From Somniosus microcephalus (lineage: Eukaryota), in the NCBI GenBank assembly GCA_052327205.1, contig CM126228.1, positions 11,718,001-11,782,000 on the forward strand: a DNA stretch of 64,000 bases, given 5' to 3'. Below are positions 47,161 to 60,789 of the stretch, one piece after another. The position numbers and the translations under genes are program-made. The notes beneath the pieces are model-generated. The model was given only the letters and a program-made list of their open reading frames with translations, did no database searches and was not told where the DNA came from. Each line of letters opens with the position of its first letter. Position 1 is the stretch's first letter.

Positions 47161-48519
47161 CTGAGTTGGGATTTAAATCTGTGACCAAGTAGTTCGAAGA
47201 TGTGTTTTAACACTGCCAACCAGTGCCCATCTATCCATTGGGTATAGGTTAAGGGTCTTGTACTCCTTTTCGTTCAACAATGGACAAGCAATGAGATTTT
47301 TTTGCTTCAAACCCTGGCATCTATATTCAAAGCATTATTGGGCTTAGGAAACTTCAAAAGAAAGCCAGAAATACTTATTGGAAAAAGTAGTATTTGTGGC
47401 GGGGGGGGCGGGGGGTGGGGGAAGAAGAGAAAAGGATCTTTAAGGAATGTGCTGCACAAAGCAAAAGAAAATGGAAGACAAGCAAAGTCTAGAGTAGGTT
47501 ATTTCTAGAATATATATTGAGGGTGAAATGTAGATTTTTTTAGCCATAGATTATAAATAATTGAAGAAATTACTAAACTAATCCTTCAGAAGGAGGGGGG
47601 CTCTTGCAACTTGGCCACGAGTAAAAGTGGAGTTGCCTCCATCTTTAAATCCCATTTCCCCCATTTCTTCATGAAGAAAAGATCCTTGCAAGTCCACTTC
47701 CGGCCACGGGAGGAAGTATTTTTTGTCCATGGATGCATTTTAATTGTGTTCAAAAGAAGAAAAAAAGAAGCACGAGCCAGAGAATAGATTTGCTTGGGGA
47801 GCAAATGGGGGTGGAGGAGGAGGGGGTGGGTTCCTCCTGAGTGAAACAGTTCCCAAAGGCAAAGCATACCTTTAAAAGCCCATGGTTTGTGTGTGTGTGT
47901 GTGTTGTGGGTAGGGGTGGGTCTTCACTTGGTCCATCACCTGAGTCCGGGGAAAATGTTGCAATTATTTCGCAGCGTCGTTGCTGTCAATCAAAGCGAGG
48001 GAAGGGAGCCTGGGCGCTGAGAAGAAGCTCTATGGCGGCGGTGGCTGGGCGAGATTCACTGCACTTCCAATACACCTAATGCAACTTTTAGCAACTTCAC
48101 CACGCCGCTCCAGCCAGATTGCGCCTCATTTCGGTGCAAACTCCCCGCAAAAGGTCGATTTGGAAGCGGGGTGCGGGGAAATCTTGGCTGCTTTTTTTTC
48201 CTGATTTGTGTGTGTGTGTGTATGTTTGTAAATTTTTCTTTTTTTCGGCAAGCGGACCGATCCCAGATGTCGTTGTTTTTGAGCTTTGCAGACATGGCGC
48301 ACCTCCATTTTTGAACGACTTTTTCTCTTTTTTTGTGTGTGTTTTTAAAAAAAAAACGCGAGAACCCACCGATCAAAAGAAATGACATTTTACAACTCTT
48401 GAGGTTTTTTTTGTGTGGAGACTAATTCTGGGGGTTTAAGAGCAGCGAAAAGAGGAATCGGTTTCGATTTAGCGAAGTTTACTCGACGGAGCATAAACTA
48501 GCCCGTGCCTCGGCGATAC

Positions 48520-48528
48520 ATGGAACAG
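48520..48528 (+). CDS. First coding micro-exon (M-E-Q) of an unidentified gene
   Basis: ATGGAACAG|GTATGT, with an in-frame TAG upstream at 48499. A 212-bp AT-rich intron leads to a phase-0 acceptor. Confidence 0.62.
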
Positions 48529-48740
48529 GTATGTTTACAACCATTTATATTTATTAAAAAGAATGCTTTTTTTGAAAAAAAAGATAATTTAATATAAAAT
48601 TAGAATGACGTAATTAAAATTGGACTTGTATTCCGTGGCCAGATTTGCGAGAAAAGGGAGTTGACTTTTCAAGTTTTTTTTTGGCTTTTTAAATATTGAC
48701 TAGATTTTTTTACAAAAATATATCTAAATGTTTTTTGTAG

Positions 48741-49006
48741 ACCTTGTCGGGGAGCGACAATGGTATTGAGTGCTTGAACAATGTCGATGCTGCGTCAGGG
48801 CTTTGCAACGCGAGCAGTGAGCAGCTGACTGGAGCAGACTTCCGAGCTTCCACCAACTTTGACAGGGCAAATCTGCACCTGGAAGCCCCACATCCACGTG
48901 TACCCGAGAACAAACCCGAGCCCCGAAAGCTCCCCGCACCCGAAATGATGTCTCACCAGGAGAAAACCCCCGAAGACGACGGTTCAGACCGCAGCAACGC
49001 TTCCAG
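48741..49006 (+). CDS. Second coding exon of the unidentified gene (disordered N-terminus, ends phase 2)
   Basis: ttttttgtAG|ACC...TCC AG|GTACG. Open 88 codons: TLSGSDNGIECLNNVDAASGLCNASSEQLTGADFRASTNFDRANLHLEAPHPRVPENKPEPRKLPAPEMMSHQEKTPEDDGSDRSNAS. GC-rich against AT-rich flanks. Confidence 0.7.
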
Positions 49007-50831
49007 GTACGAGCTCGTTCTCTCGACTTTCTCTCTCTCCCATTTTTTTTTCTAGGGGGGCTTTCAGCACATTGTTTACCTTGATGATCATCCTTTCCCA
49101 CCCTCGATATCTAAAGCAAATTTTCCCGATTTCTGCCCCCAATCTTTCATCGATGACCTTGAGATTCCTAAAAAGCCCCACCCTGTTTTTTTTTTGCTCG
49201 CAGTTTCTCCAACTTATGATATGCCATTTGGGCCTATATTAAGCAATGGAAATACAATGCGAGATCGTCGAGTCCACTTTATTGTTTATTTCCTATTAAT
49301 CTAACGAATATATTCTTTCCGTTCATGTTGCTGGAGTAATTTGACCTTGTCATTGCTGTTGCTGCAATGCACCATTTTACTCACAATGCAGACGGGTTTG
49401 AGAATTTGAGGATTTGGTGATCATAGTAAACCCATAGAAGTAAATTGTAGTAAATAATATACTACAAAAAGTTGCATGAATGAAAATTTTTTCATATTTA
49501 TAGATAAATTAAGAAGTGCCTGTTGGAAAGTTGCTTCTTAGTCTATATTTTTATCACCACCACACCATTTCACTGTATGTCTTGGGGTATTTTGTCAATT
49601 TTTATCACAATTTGGTGAAAAGTTTGCTATGCTTGTGTCCCTATCTCCTGTATTGGAATAATAATGTACATACTATATACCTGGGCTCCTTTTTCTGTGC
49701 TTCTATGCCCTGTGCCCCTGAAAAGCTTTTGTCTTTCTTGAAGATGTTTATTATCTTGAATACACCTTTTTTAAACTTTAAAGTATTCTAATTGTTTTAA
49801 TTACTTTGCAACACTTCATTCCCATCACATTTTATATATGTGTATCTAGGTTTATTTCATGACATTGGGTAGATGATGCATTCATACTGCAAAAGTAAAA
49901 GATATTTCTCGATGGTATTAAGAAACCGTAGAAGCTTTACGTTGAAAGATCCTATAACTTTTAATAATTGAACTTTTAACAGGTCAATGGATACTGTTGC
50001 CTACCAGACACCTGGCCGTAGGTGGTGCTTTTAATTGAAAGATGTTAACCTGGATTTAGAATTTTTTTTTGTTTACTTGTAAATTTGTGTGCTATGAAAA
50101 TTCTTAAAATATTAATTCTTTGGCAGTTAGCATAGTTAGCAATTGACAATATTTGAATTTCAGTTGCTTTTGATCTGTGATTTTAGATTGAGGGACTGTA
50201 ATATGGTGTCATCTTTAAAAGATGTTCCACCATGGAAATAGTATTTATTGCTTACTGATTTTAATGTGAACATTGAAGATTTTCTCACCTCTGACATCAA
50301 CATACTCCACTGAAGGTATCTTAATTGTGATTGCACATAATTTGCAAAAAAGGATGGGCTTGGTCAACTGTTTAATAATAATTTATTTCAAAAAATGTAT
50401 ATTAAACTAAACTTCCAATGTTTACATTTTTCTTAAACGAATACATTTATAATTTTGCTAATTTCAGAGAAACTAGTCTCTAATGGCCTTTTTTGGGATT
50501 TACTTTAGGTGGACAGGTGGACCTTTTCGTTGGGTGGTCACCTGAGGTGTCATTGTCATGGTAGGCTTGACCTTGGGTACGCTCTAGGACTAGTTTCATT
50601 GTGTGGAACAATTCACTAAGATCAACATGGTGGCTTGAACCATTGTAACCATTAGCTGTGAAGCAAATGCCCCATACTGCACTATTTACATGGCAGTTGA
50701 TGCTTAGTGGATTCCTTTTGTGAAATTGTGGACATACAATGGCTTCTTATGAAACATTGATGTCCATCCACCTCAGTCCTATCTAATCTTGGGGGTGGGG
50801 GAGACAGCTTTTTGGATGGAAAAAGGTCCTT

Positions 50832-51690
50832 TAAGAACATAAGAAATAGGAGCAGGAGTAGGCCAATTGGCCCCTCGAGCCTGCTCCGCCATTCAATAAG
50901 ATCATGGCTGATCTGATCCTAACTGCCAATCCACTATGACAGGACTATCTCCTGAATCTAACAGAATTAGACACACGAAACAGGAGCAGGATCAGGCTAC
51001 ACGGCCCCTGGGCCCGCTCCGCTACCCACAGGGCCATGACCGATCCGCACCTAAACTCATGTCCAAATTCCTGCCCGCTCCCCGTAACCCTTAATTCCCT
51101 TTTCTTCTAGGAAACTCTCTATTTCTGTTTTAAATTTATGTAATGATGTAGCTTCGACAGCTTTTTGGGGCAGCATATTCCATGGACCTACCACCCTCTG
51201 AGTGAAGTAGTTCCTCCTCATCTCAGTTTTGAAAGAGCAGCCCCTTATTCTAAGACTATGCCCCCTTTCACCCATCATCTGGAACATCCTCCCCGCATCC
51301 ACCCGATCCAACCCCTTCACAATCTTATATGTTTCAATAAGATCGCCTCTCATTCTTCTGAACTCCAATGAGTAGAGTCCCAACCTACTCAACCTCTCCT
51401 CATATGTCCATCCCCTCATCCCCGGGATTAACCGAGTGAACCTTCTTTGTACTGACTCGGGAGCAAGTATGTCTTTTCTTAAGTATGGACACCAAAACTG
51501 TATGCAGTATTCCAGGTGCGGTCTCACCAATACCTTGTACAACCGAAGCAATACCTCCCTATTTTTATATTCTATCCCCCTAGCAATGAAAGCCAACATT
51601 CCATTGGCCTCCTTAATCACTTGCTGCACCTGCATACTAACCTTTTGAGTTTCGTGCACCAGGACCCCCAGATCCCTTTGTACTTCAGTG
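50832..51690 (-). mobile_element. CR1 LINE 3' end with tandemly doubled 3' terminal motif
   Basis: ORF 51057-51824 contains QRDLGVLVH...LVRPHLEYCIQFWCPYLRKD...FTQRVV..WN.LP. Two tail motifs at about 50835-50920 and 50975-51055. Confidence 0.93.
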
Positions 51691-54600
51691 CTGAGAGTTA
51701 CTCCACCTGTTCTAAAATCCGGCAGCAATTTGGAATTTGGCATGTCACCTTTGGGCATGCATACATCTGGAGGGTTTTGAGTTCCTTTCAAGGTACTTGT
51801 TTGGGTGCCTTGAAATAGTATCAAAGTACATGGTCAACTGCTGGCAGATATTGGTTCTTTCTAGTTATGCTTCCTCCACTTCACAGAGAAGGGAAGGTCG
51901 TTGAAGTTGTCCATGGTGGACCTACATTTGGAATGGGAACATCTGTGTTCTTTCAAATAAGGCACAGTCACTGGTATCCCAAACCTGGCCCTTCACCTCC
52001 CAAATAGTCATGAGTTCCTGTGTCCGTCTAATTCTACCGCTCCGAGCTACAGATGTGACCTCATTCTTGATTGTTAAAAAGATGATCTTGTATAAATAAA
52101 ATTACCCTACCATACCTTGGGTTCTGGTGTCATCATTACATAGCCTGAGAAAATGACCGTTTAGATTGCTAGTACATCGCGTCAAATTGTGATTCACTGT
52201 CTTCAGTTTGATTATGGCAAGTGATTTGTTGTGAGCAATTTATCATTTGGGATATACTCACAAACCAACATTTTCACTGCCTTTGGCATGTTTAATGCAA
52301 ATGGTACTCATAGAATAGTCAGCACAGAAGGAGGCCATTCAGCCCATCGAGTCTGTGCCGGCTCTTCTGAAGTGCCGCTATGCGTGGCAAGTGTAGAAAT
52401 TCACGATCATTTGTGGAACATTGCACCATGTCATACCACTTTTCCTAGTTATGGTGGAAAATCAGCTAAAGAAAGATTTGTCTGGATCATGACAGTTGAG
52501 AGGGGCACAAGTTTGAAAAGGTTGATCTATGCATGCATGTTGAAAACTGCTGGTAAGTCCACAAAACATTTTTCAAAAATTGTAAAACCTAGAGATTATG
52601 TTCAATCGCTTTTTAAAAAATGCTGAAAGTTCGAATATACAAAAATAGGAGAAACCACATCACAGTATAATCTAAAGCATTGATGGTAATTTATAGATTG
52701 CTTGACAACATAACTCCGGGAACTAAATATTTGCATTACTTTTGAACATTCAAATGTACTTTGGATGGAATTAGCAGCTTCAGCACCCACAGGGCTTTCA
52801 CCCTGTATACTGGAGATCTTGCAAAGTTATGAAAATGGTTTAATTTTCAACAGAAGCTTGCAGTTCTTCAGAATTTCTTTTGTAGACGTGGTTGAGTTTG
52901 CTGCACATCGAGCGACAGAGCAAAACTCCATTTTCCCCTACTGGTTAATTCGGGGGTGGTTAATCCTACAAAAAATAACTCTACTCGCATGCATTTGCAC
53001 TGCTTGTGCTTTTTATGTTCCATGATTGTGGAGCGAAACAATCTGCCAAACTCCTGCAGTTATTGAGCTGCCTTTTATGTTACAATACCATGTCACTGGA
53101 AAGGAGTAAGGGTTTTAAATTGTTACCACCCCCCCACCCATTGATACAATTATAAGGATGAACATCATGTTGATCGAATAACTTGCGAATATTTTGCAAT
53201 GGTGAAGATTCAAACCTAGCTGTACCCCTGAGTGTTTTTAAAAAAAAAAAAGTTTTACTGATCATTGATATGTTCAGAAAGTGAGCTGCTTGCTGTAAAC
53301 AATTTTACTGCTTACCTCCACAATTTATTCTGAGGAGCATACCTTACAAAAACAAATTGGAGTTTATTACTGCCTGGATTACCAAATTCACTTAACTATT
53401 TGAGATTTTATAGTCCCATTTTCTCATTCTGATCTTAAGCAGTGTGCATGCGTTTTGAATTCTCTGCTGTTGCATGGTTTGGAAAGTTCTGAACCGTGAA
53501 ATATATATATACACAGCAAGTGTGGATATATATGTAGATTTATTGTGCTTTGATACCAGACTGTTGAACAATATAGTTAAATATTCAGTTAGTTTGGACT
53601 GAATTCCATATGCTTTGGAAATAAGGACTAAATTCAAGTACAATGCATCGTTTGTTACAGTCAAGTCACTGGTAACGAGAAGCACTTTTACCAATAAAAT
53701 TTTTGCCCAGGGACAGGTTGAGAACTTAAACAAAAATGAAGCATATTCCAAAATGGTGCATCTATGTGGACGTGACACAAATGTTTCTTCCAAAATGAAT
53801 GCTAGTTTTCCTCTCCTAGATTGCACTTGTAAATGGAAATAAAACTTTGTGCGTTGTAGCATCTAGAAATCAAGTCAATGGAGGGAGAATAGAATGTTTA
53901 ATTTCTGTTGTGCAGGATAGTATGTTGTGTCAGGGAAACTTCACCAAAAATAAGCATTAAGAGTATTATACATTGAGTTACTTTATTGTCAGCATGGAAA
54001 TGGGGAACGTGTGGTTGGTGATAGATGCTGTATTTGCTCCAAAAAAGTTGTGCAGTCATGTTTCTTGCATTGGGATCCAGTCAGTTTATTTGGCAGCCAT
54101 TTTATGAAGGTAGAAATCACTTGTACAGAGCTTGTTTTCAACATTTCTTCAAGGGGTTTCTGCTTGTTTTCTATCAGTAAATTAATTTGTGTGGCTAGCT
54201 GGAAGCCTGTAGGCATGTATCAGACTATTTTGTGAAAAGTGAAGGCACTGGTGCATTGTTTAGAGGGGAAGTATAGCTGTCTTTTTTAAGCTTTTAGTCA
54301 GCTGCAGTCAACTTCAGAGAGACAAAATGGCTCTGCTTTACGCTGCATAACTAGACAGACATACTGCATTGCATAGTGTAGTTAGGAAGTACAGGAAGCT
54401 GGTGATGATGTAGCTGAGTTCAAAGGTTGTGCTCTGGAATGTGATTGGTTCTCCGCGTAGTAACAGAACTGCCTGCAGCAGAGCTCTCAACAGCTCTGCC
54501 CTCGACTGACGTCACCACTGACTGAAAGCCTCCCTTGTCAGGCAAGCCGCTGTATTTAGCTGAGAGAATTCTTGCTAGGCTTACACAGCATGGCAAACAA

Positions 54601-57600
54601 AATAGCAAAGATTAATCAACTATTTTCCTGTATGATGTGTATTTATAAATATTTTTATAAAGCCTTTCTTTATTTTCAGGTTTAAATTTAATTCTATTGT
54701 CTATATAATTATTGTAGTCCTTATTGATGTGCTTGAATTGGTGACCTCATTTTGATTCGTATTTTAGGGCAATCTTTTCCAAGAGCATTTCTGCTTATTT
54801 TATCAATTTTAAGAAAAAAATATGAGCCTCGTGCCAGGAAACAAACCCATGCTTAATTTATGCCCCATGGCTGTTGTTAGCTCAGTTCCTGCATTAGATC
54901 CAACCCTTTTGTTGTTAACTGGAGTGAGCTTTCAAGGATTAGTACAAATTCACCCAGATGTGTTCCTTGATATATAATGGTTCTTCAGGGTAACTGGACA
55001 GCTGGTTAGGATCACAGACCTCCTTCTGTGACTAGCTATTGTCTGTGACTACAGATTGATTTAACCCATTCCTTTGAACGGGGCCCAGATTAGCTGTCTG
55101 GCAAACAAATAATCTTCCTCATTTGAAGGCGAATTGGCCATTTTACAAATTTCTTTTCATAATTAAAAAAAAATAAAAAAAATAATCAATTGCAGATCAG
55201 TTACCATAATTGTTAAATAATGCAAGGTTTAGTTTTGCCTATTTTCTGCCTCTCTTTGGAAGATGTTAACTTCTTGGATATGGTTCCACTAGCATCAGCC
55301 ACCTGACACCTGCTGCAAGTGGCCATTCTTCACAATATGACCTAAGTAAGGGTCTCAGACGGCAAAATGAACCACGGCCGTGCTTGATTCTGTTCGTTCT
55401 CTATCTCCATACAGGCACCCTCTAGGAGGAATTGTTGGATAATGATTGGGGAAGAAACGCTGCCCATATCCTACCCCTCCAGGGATGCTGAGGCAAATTG
55501 TATCACCCTTATTGCCACCCTGGCTGAGATCAATTAATGGGTTTAGTTTATTAAACACAGCATCCCCTTGAAAAGAAAGATATTGAAGGAAGGATCCTTT
55601 GAGCACTGTTCCGTGCCCAAGTTGGCCCACTCAGTATTAAGTTCATCACTCAGCACAGACTGGGAATCAAACCCTGATTTTCTTGTTTTTCTGGGTCAGT
55701 ATCACATTGTATGGTATCGTTACCCACTGAGGCCATGAGGGCACCAGGGCCTTTCTGCGTACTTAATATTGGTAGTGATGGTGAAGCTATATTTTGGGAT
55801 CCAGGGACTGAACACATGCAAAGTGAAGGAGCTGAAAATTACAGTTACTGATCTGTCATTAACCATTACATCAATATTAACGTTTGAGGACATTTCCAGT
55901 TGACCGAGGAACTGTGCTTAAGTTACTTTTTTAAAAATTCGTTCTCATGCTGGCAAAGCCGGCATTTATTGCCCATTCCTACCTGCGCTGAAAAGGTGGT
56001 GGGGCCACCTTCGATAAACCACTGAGTCGTGGTTCAATGCAACGGAGTGGTTCACTAGGCTACTTCAGAGGGCAGTTAAGAGTCAACCACATTGGTGGGG
56101 GACTGGAGTCACGTAGGCCAGACCGAGTAAGGACAGCAGGTTTTTATGGCCGTCTGATGGTTTCATGATTTTTACTGATCCAGCTTTTTAAAAATTGTTT
56201 CTGCATTTTCTTTAAACTGAATTCAAATTCTCAAACTGCCATGGTGGGATTTGCATGCACATGCTCTTGATTATTAGTCCAGGCCTCTGGATCACTAGTC
56301 CTGTAACAGAACTATTACGCTACCATATCCAAATTTAATAACCTTCTAAATTAAAAAAAAAAACACGGCTATTGAAAAAGGTTCATCAAGCATTCAGGTG
56401 CAGCAAGACTTTGTAGAACTGATGTAACATCCTGCACAACTGTGTCTTGCAGACTAATGTTAGTCAAACTAGCCTTGTATAAATTTTTTAGCCAATGTAG
56501 GTAATGATTTTACAAATTATGCATTCATCTTTTATGCTATTCTCTATTTTGACCTATTAATTAAACACAACCTTCCCTTTAAAAAAAACTGCAGGAATGA
56601 ATCCTTTCCACGCTGTTACTTGTCTATGCTGGCCCACTCTATATTAAATTCATCAATTATTCAGCTAAAACCTGCCTTTTAATTGCTGCACGTTTGCTTT
56701 CCATACCTTGCACAGTTGAAACCTGCTGTTGGTTGGGTTCAAATTGTTTAGTATCACCTTGTTTTACTCTTTGGAGTGAGGGTCCAGGAGGTGGGTGAAG
56801 TATAAATGCATCATTCAGTGGCCATCTAAACCTAACCTCAAGTAATTGCACGTCCTAGGCATTTTGTTGAGCACGAGAGTTTTTATTTTCCAAGTAGACG
56901 CACAGACTAATTTTTACTTGCATTATGTTAATTAATTTCCTGTATTTTTAGATTTAACGTTGCTTTCTAGGAGGGGAGGATGTGGAGAGAAAGAACAGAT
57001 TAATGCCTCCGCTCATTTTTGCTGTGTTGGGAGCATGAAAGCAAATTTCATAGCAACAGCCCATGAGCTGACACCCACAAGATGAAACTTTAGAGTACTT
57101 TTGATGTCCTTATATAGGCACAGCTGTACAAGCTGCAAGTTTAAACAGCTGTTTGTTTCATGCAAGTGGCAGAAGATACCCTGATAAACAATTCATCCCA
57201 CCCCTTCGAACAAACATGCAACCACTAATAAATAGGAGACCAAAAAGTAACCAATAAAAGCTGTCCCTGCTGTTACAGCTGTGACGATGCCAGAGCCAAT
57301 TTTCTTCTAAAGTCCCGTCTTTTGTAACAATATATACTGCATCCGGCATCCTGCAGTAAGATTGCCTTTTATCTACAGAAGTTTTGGTCTTTATTTCTGT
57401 GTATCTGTGATTTATAGATACAAAATGTCAAGTTGGATTTTTTTTTTAAAAACACAATGTTTCGAAGTGCTTCATGCAATTACTTTGTGCAGTGACTTGT
57501 TCTAAGAAAGACTTGCATTTAGAAAGATGCCTTTCACAATCTCAGGACATCCAAAAGCGCTTTACAGCCAATGAAATACTTTTGAAATGTAATCATTGTT

Positions 57601-60600
57601 ATGTAGAGAAGATCCCACAAATGCCACAGCTATGAATGAGCATTTATCTGATGGTTGGAGGAGGGAGGAATGTTGGCCAGGATAACTCATGTGCTCTTCA
57701 AATAGTTTGCTGGAGTATTTGGCATTCACTAGAACAGGCAGCGTTTCGGTGTAACACCTCATCTGAAGGATGGCAATTCCAACAATGCAGCAGTTCTTCG
57801 GTGCTGCACTACACGATCCTCCTCCTACCCTACTTCATCTGACCCTGTACTTAAATTAGCATTATGTATATGCAGTCGTACATAGCAAGTTATCGTTCAT
57901 GTACGGGACTGGAAGAGAAGCATAGAGGAGTTTGGAAGAATTTTTTTCACACAAGTTTATTAGAATATAGCATGTATTGCCATGGATGGCTCCTGAAATC
58001 AATCAGCGTTTTGCAGGGATTAAATAAAGTATTGAGTGACATGGGGAGAGAGCAGGGAAATGGGAACAGAGTAAGCAGCTCCGATGTGGAGCTTCACCAG
58101 CACAGACACATTGGGTCTGCCCCCGATGCTGAAATTTCTCATCTCTATCTCATACTCCTCCAAGACATCAATAAAAACCCATTTAGATTGCAAATCAACT
58201 GTCTGGAATATGAGGGAGCAGGATTGTACACTGGGATTCTTGGCTTGGCTCTGTTGTGTGTTTGTATGGATTCTACTTATTTGCTGTATCTAACATGCTG
58301 CAGTAACCAAGCTGGTCTTCACCTTGCCTCAGCAAGCAGAAATTGTATTATGCTCTCGAGACAGATAAATGATGGATGCAACATGCGTGTCAGCCATCTG
58401 AGACACAAAAACACGCCATCGTTTTGGGTGAAGATCCTGATCAGGACTGATGAGGTTCAACCAAAACACTAACCTGTTCTTCAAAGGCTTACCACCTCAC
58501 ACATTTTATTATTTTGATTCCAGGTTTCTGGCATTCATGCCTTGCCTTCATCTGAATTGGACCAAAGTTGCCTTATTTCATGTCCAGTCATTGTGCCCAA
58601 TTATTCTAGTGTGCTGAATCTTTTAGTTTAAACAGGTCCATTTCAAACATTTTGAGAATTTCTGGATGTACAGAGGAAAGGGGGTTGCAGATAGTAACTG
58701 CACTGGGTGGCAGGGAGTGGGGTGGGGAAGTCAGGGAAGAAACTTAATCACATTAAAGTGGCAGAGCAGGAGAGAGAGAGAGAGTCCTTGGTAAAATAAT
58801 CACGCACCGACTGGATGGAGTGAGTTTCATGAGCCGAATTACATTTCTTTTCTCTGGATTTAGTTTTTAAAAGACACACTTTGTTTTTTTTTGTTTACTT
58901 TGTAAGGCAGTTGCTATTTGTTCCCTGAACTTCACAGTTGGCGCTAAGGAACTTCCTTTTGAGTTGACTTAAAAATGGTCAGAAATGAAGTTAACTGAAA
59001 GCATTTTACCATACAACGCATGAAAGTAACCTACCAAATAAAATACTACCTGCCCGCTCCATATATGTGGAAAATACTGTGCAACTTCCAGTGTACCTCA
59101 AGGTATCTGGCAGACTTGATGCACTGCAGCAGCTCTGAAGACAACCCTGGCAGAATGAGTCAGAATGTACTTGAAGAAACGCAATACCTGATAATAATAG
59201 AGGTGGGTAAGATATCCTGAACAGTGTAATTGCCCTAATCAATCAGCGCCTTATTTTGTAACTGTTTGAAAATGGATACTACACCCAAACTCGTTTCCTT
59301 ATTTGAACATTTCTCTCTTTTTAATATTTCTTATTTTGTTTACAGGCTGTAAAAGCTGCTTAAGAATCTGTTTTGGGAGCCTACATAAGATCATTTGAAT
59401 AGTGTTTGGGTTTTATTGATATGTGGGGCATGTTTTGCCTTCCTACAACTTATTCTTTTTGTCGCCCCCTTAAAGTTTCTTACTGGGGTACAGTTTGATG
59501 GGTGTTAGCTGGTCTCCAGTACCTCGCCCAAGCTATTATTTGTGTCAGCAGAGGCTGGGTATTTAACTGTGGGGACAAATGTAGCCAAGCCCACTCCTGC
59601 ACCGGCTTAATGACCTACACTTTCCAGCAGGATAGCCATCAGGAGCAGCAACCCTGGCTAACAATTTTCCTTTGTGTCTCCCCCTCAATTGTTTTTAACA
59701 CTCCTACTGCCAACCCTGGCTAAGCTTAGCTAACTCGGAGCAAGGATCAGACCCAGCACCCTCTGCTTTGTGGGGCTCAGTTCATTACGGGGCTGTATGT
59801 TTATCAACTGAGTCATTAGAGGTGTTTCAGATTTCTTTACTGTTGAATGTAGTTTTTTTGTAAAAAAAAAAAAAGGGCACAGACCCTGTGAGTTAAACAT
59901 AAGAACAGGAGTAGGCCTTTCAGCCCCTCGAGTCTGTTCTGCCATTTGTGGATAATTAGATCATGGATAATCTGTATCTTAACTCCATTTACCTGCCTTG
60001 TTTTTGTAACCTTCCATACCCTTGCTAACAAAAATCTTATCAATTCCATTACTCGAACCCATTAAGTTACAGAACCTGATGAAATTACGAACTAAAGTCC
60101 GCTGAATGCACACGCGTATAAATTGTGGCTTTGTCTGCGCTTTTATATACTTTAATACAGAAGAATATAAGTTGGACCATTTTTTTTACTGGCCTCTTGT
60201 CTGAATTTTGGGCTCCACATAACCCTGGGAATGGAACACCTTCCGTTTCGGCCAGCTGATGTTGACATCGAGCATTTCCTGTGCTCTCTCCGACAGTGTA
60301 TCTCTTCCCTCAACTTGGAAGAGCACCCCTTCCTGCCCCAGTGACATTTTTCGGATTCCCACACCATCCGCCCTGTGGCTTTTCTCGAGTGACGTGGCCA
60401 AGTAATGTTTGCGCTGTGGACCCCTGCCCCACTAGGCTTGGATTCAGGCTACCCAAACTGATTGCATTATTTGTTTGTTTGTTGAAATGTTGGCGACACT
60501 CGCAAGATCACAATTTATTGGCTGTCCCGAGTTGCCCTGATTAAGTGGGGGTGAACCACTTGTGATGGTGCTTCCACAATGATGAGTACCGAATTCCAGC

Positions 60601-60789
60601 TTTGTTACTCCCAGCGATCAGGAGACTTTCACTCCATCAGTTTGGGTTAGATTTGTACCCAACTCCCACACTTGTACTTGTTATTTCCTTTTCAACCAAA
60701 ATTGTAACTCCATTGTAGAGGTTATTGGTTACCTGTATCTGTTGTCAATGCACTGTCACTCCACTTTTGCACTCGTAATTAATCGCATG

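Larger units (their letters stand above)
47690..49060 (+). promoter_or_regulatory. CpG-enriched promoter/5' region of the downstream gene
   Basis: Sharp rise in CG dinucleotides from about 47950 to 49050 against CpG-poor flanks. ETS motif CACTTCCGG at about 47695 and YY1-like ATGGCGGC at 48032. Confidence 0.75.

Noticed and set aside
48741-49006. Identification of the downstream gene as PER1, THRA or PPARD
   Set aside because: Only trivial similarity (MEQ start, DD..SN.S); exon boundaries and the rest of the sequence do not match as recalled.
57864-58472. 202-aa ORF as a gene
   Set aside because: It runs through decayed CR1 3' and Penelope-type fragments and has no recognisable domain or splice context.
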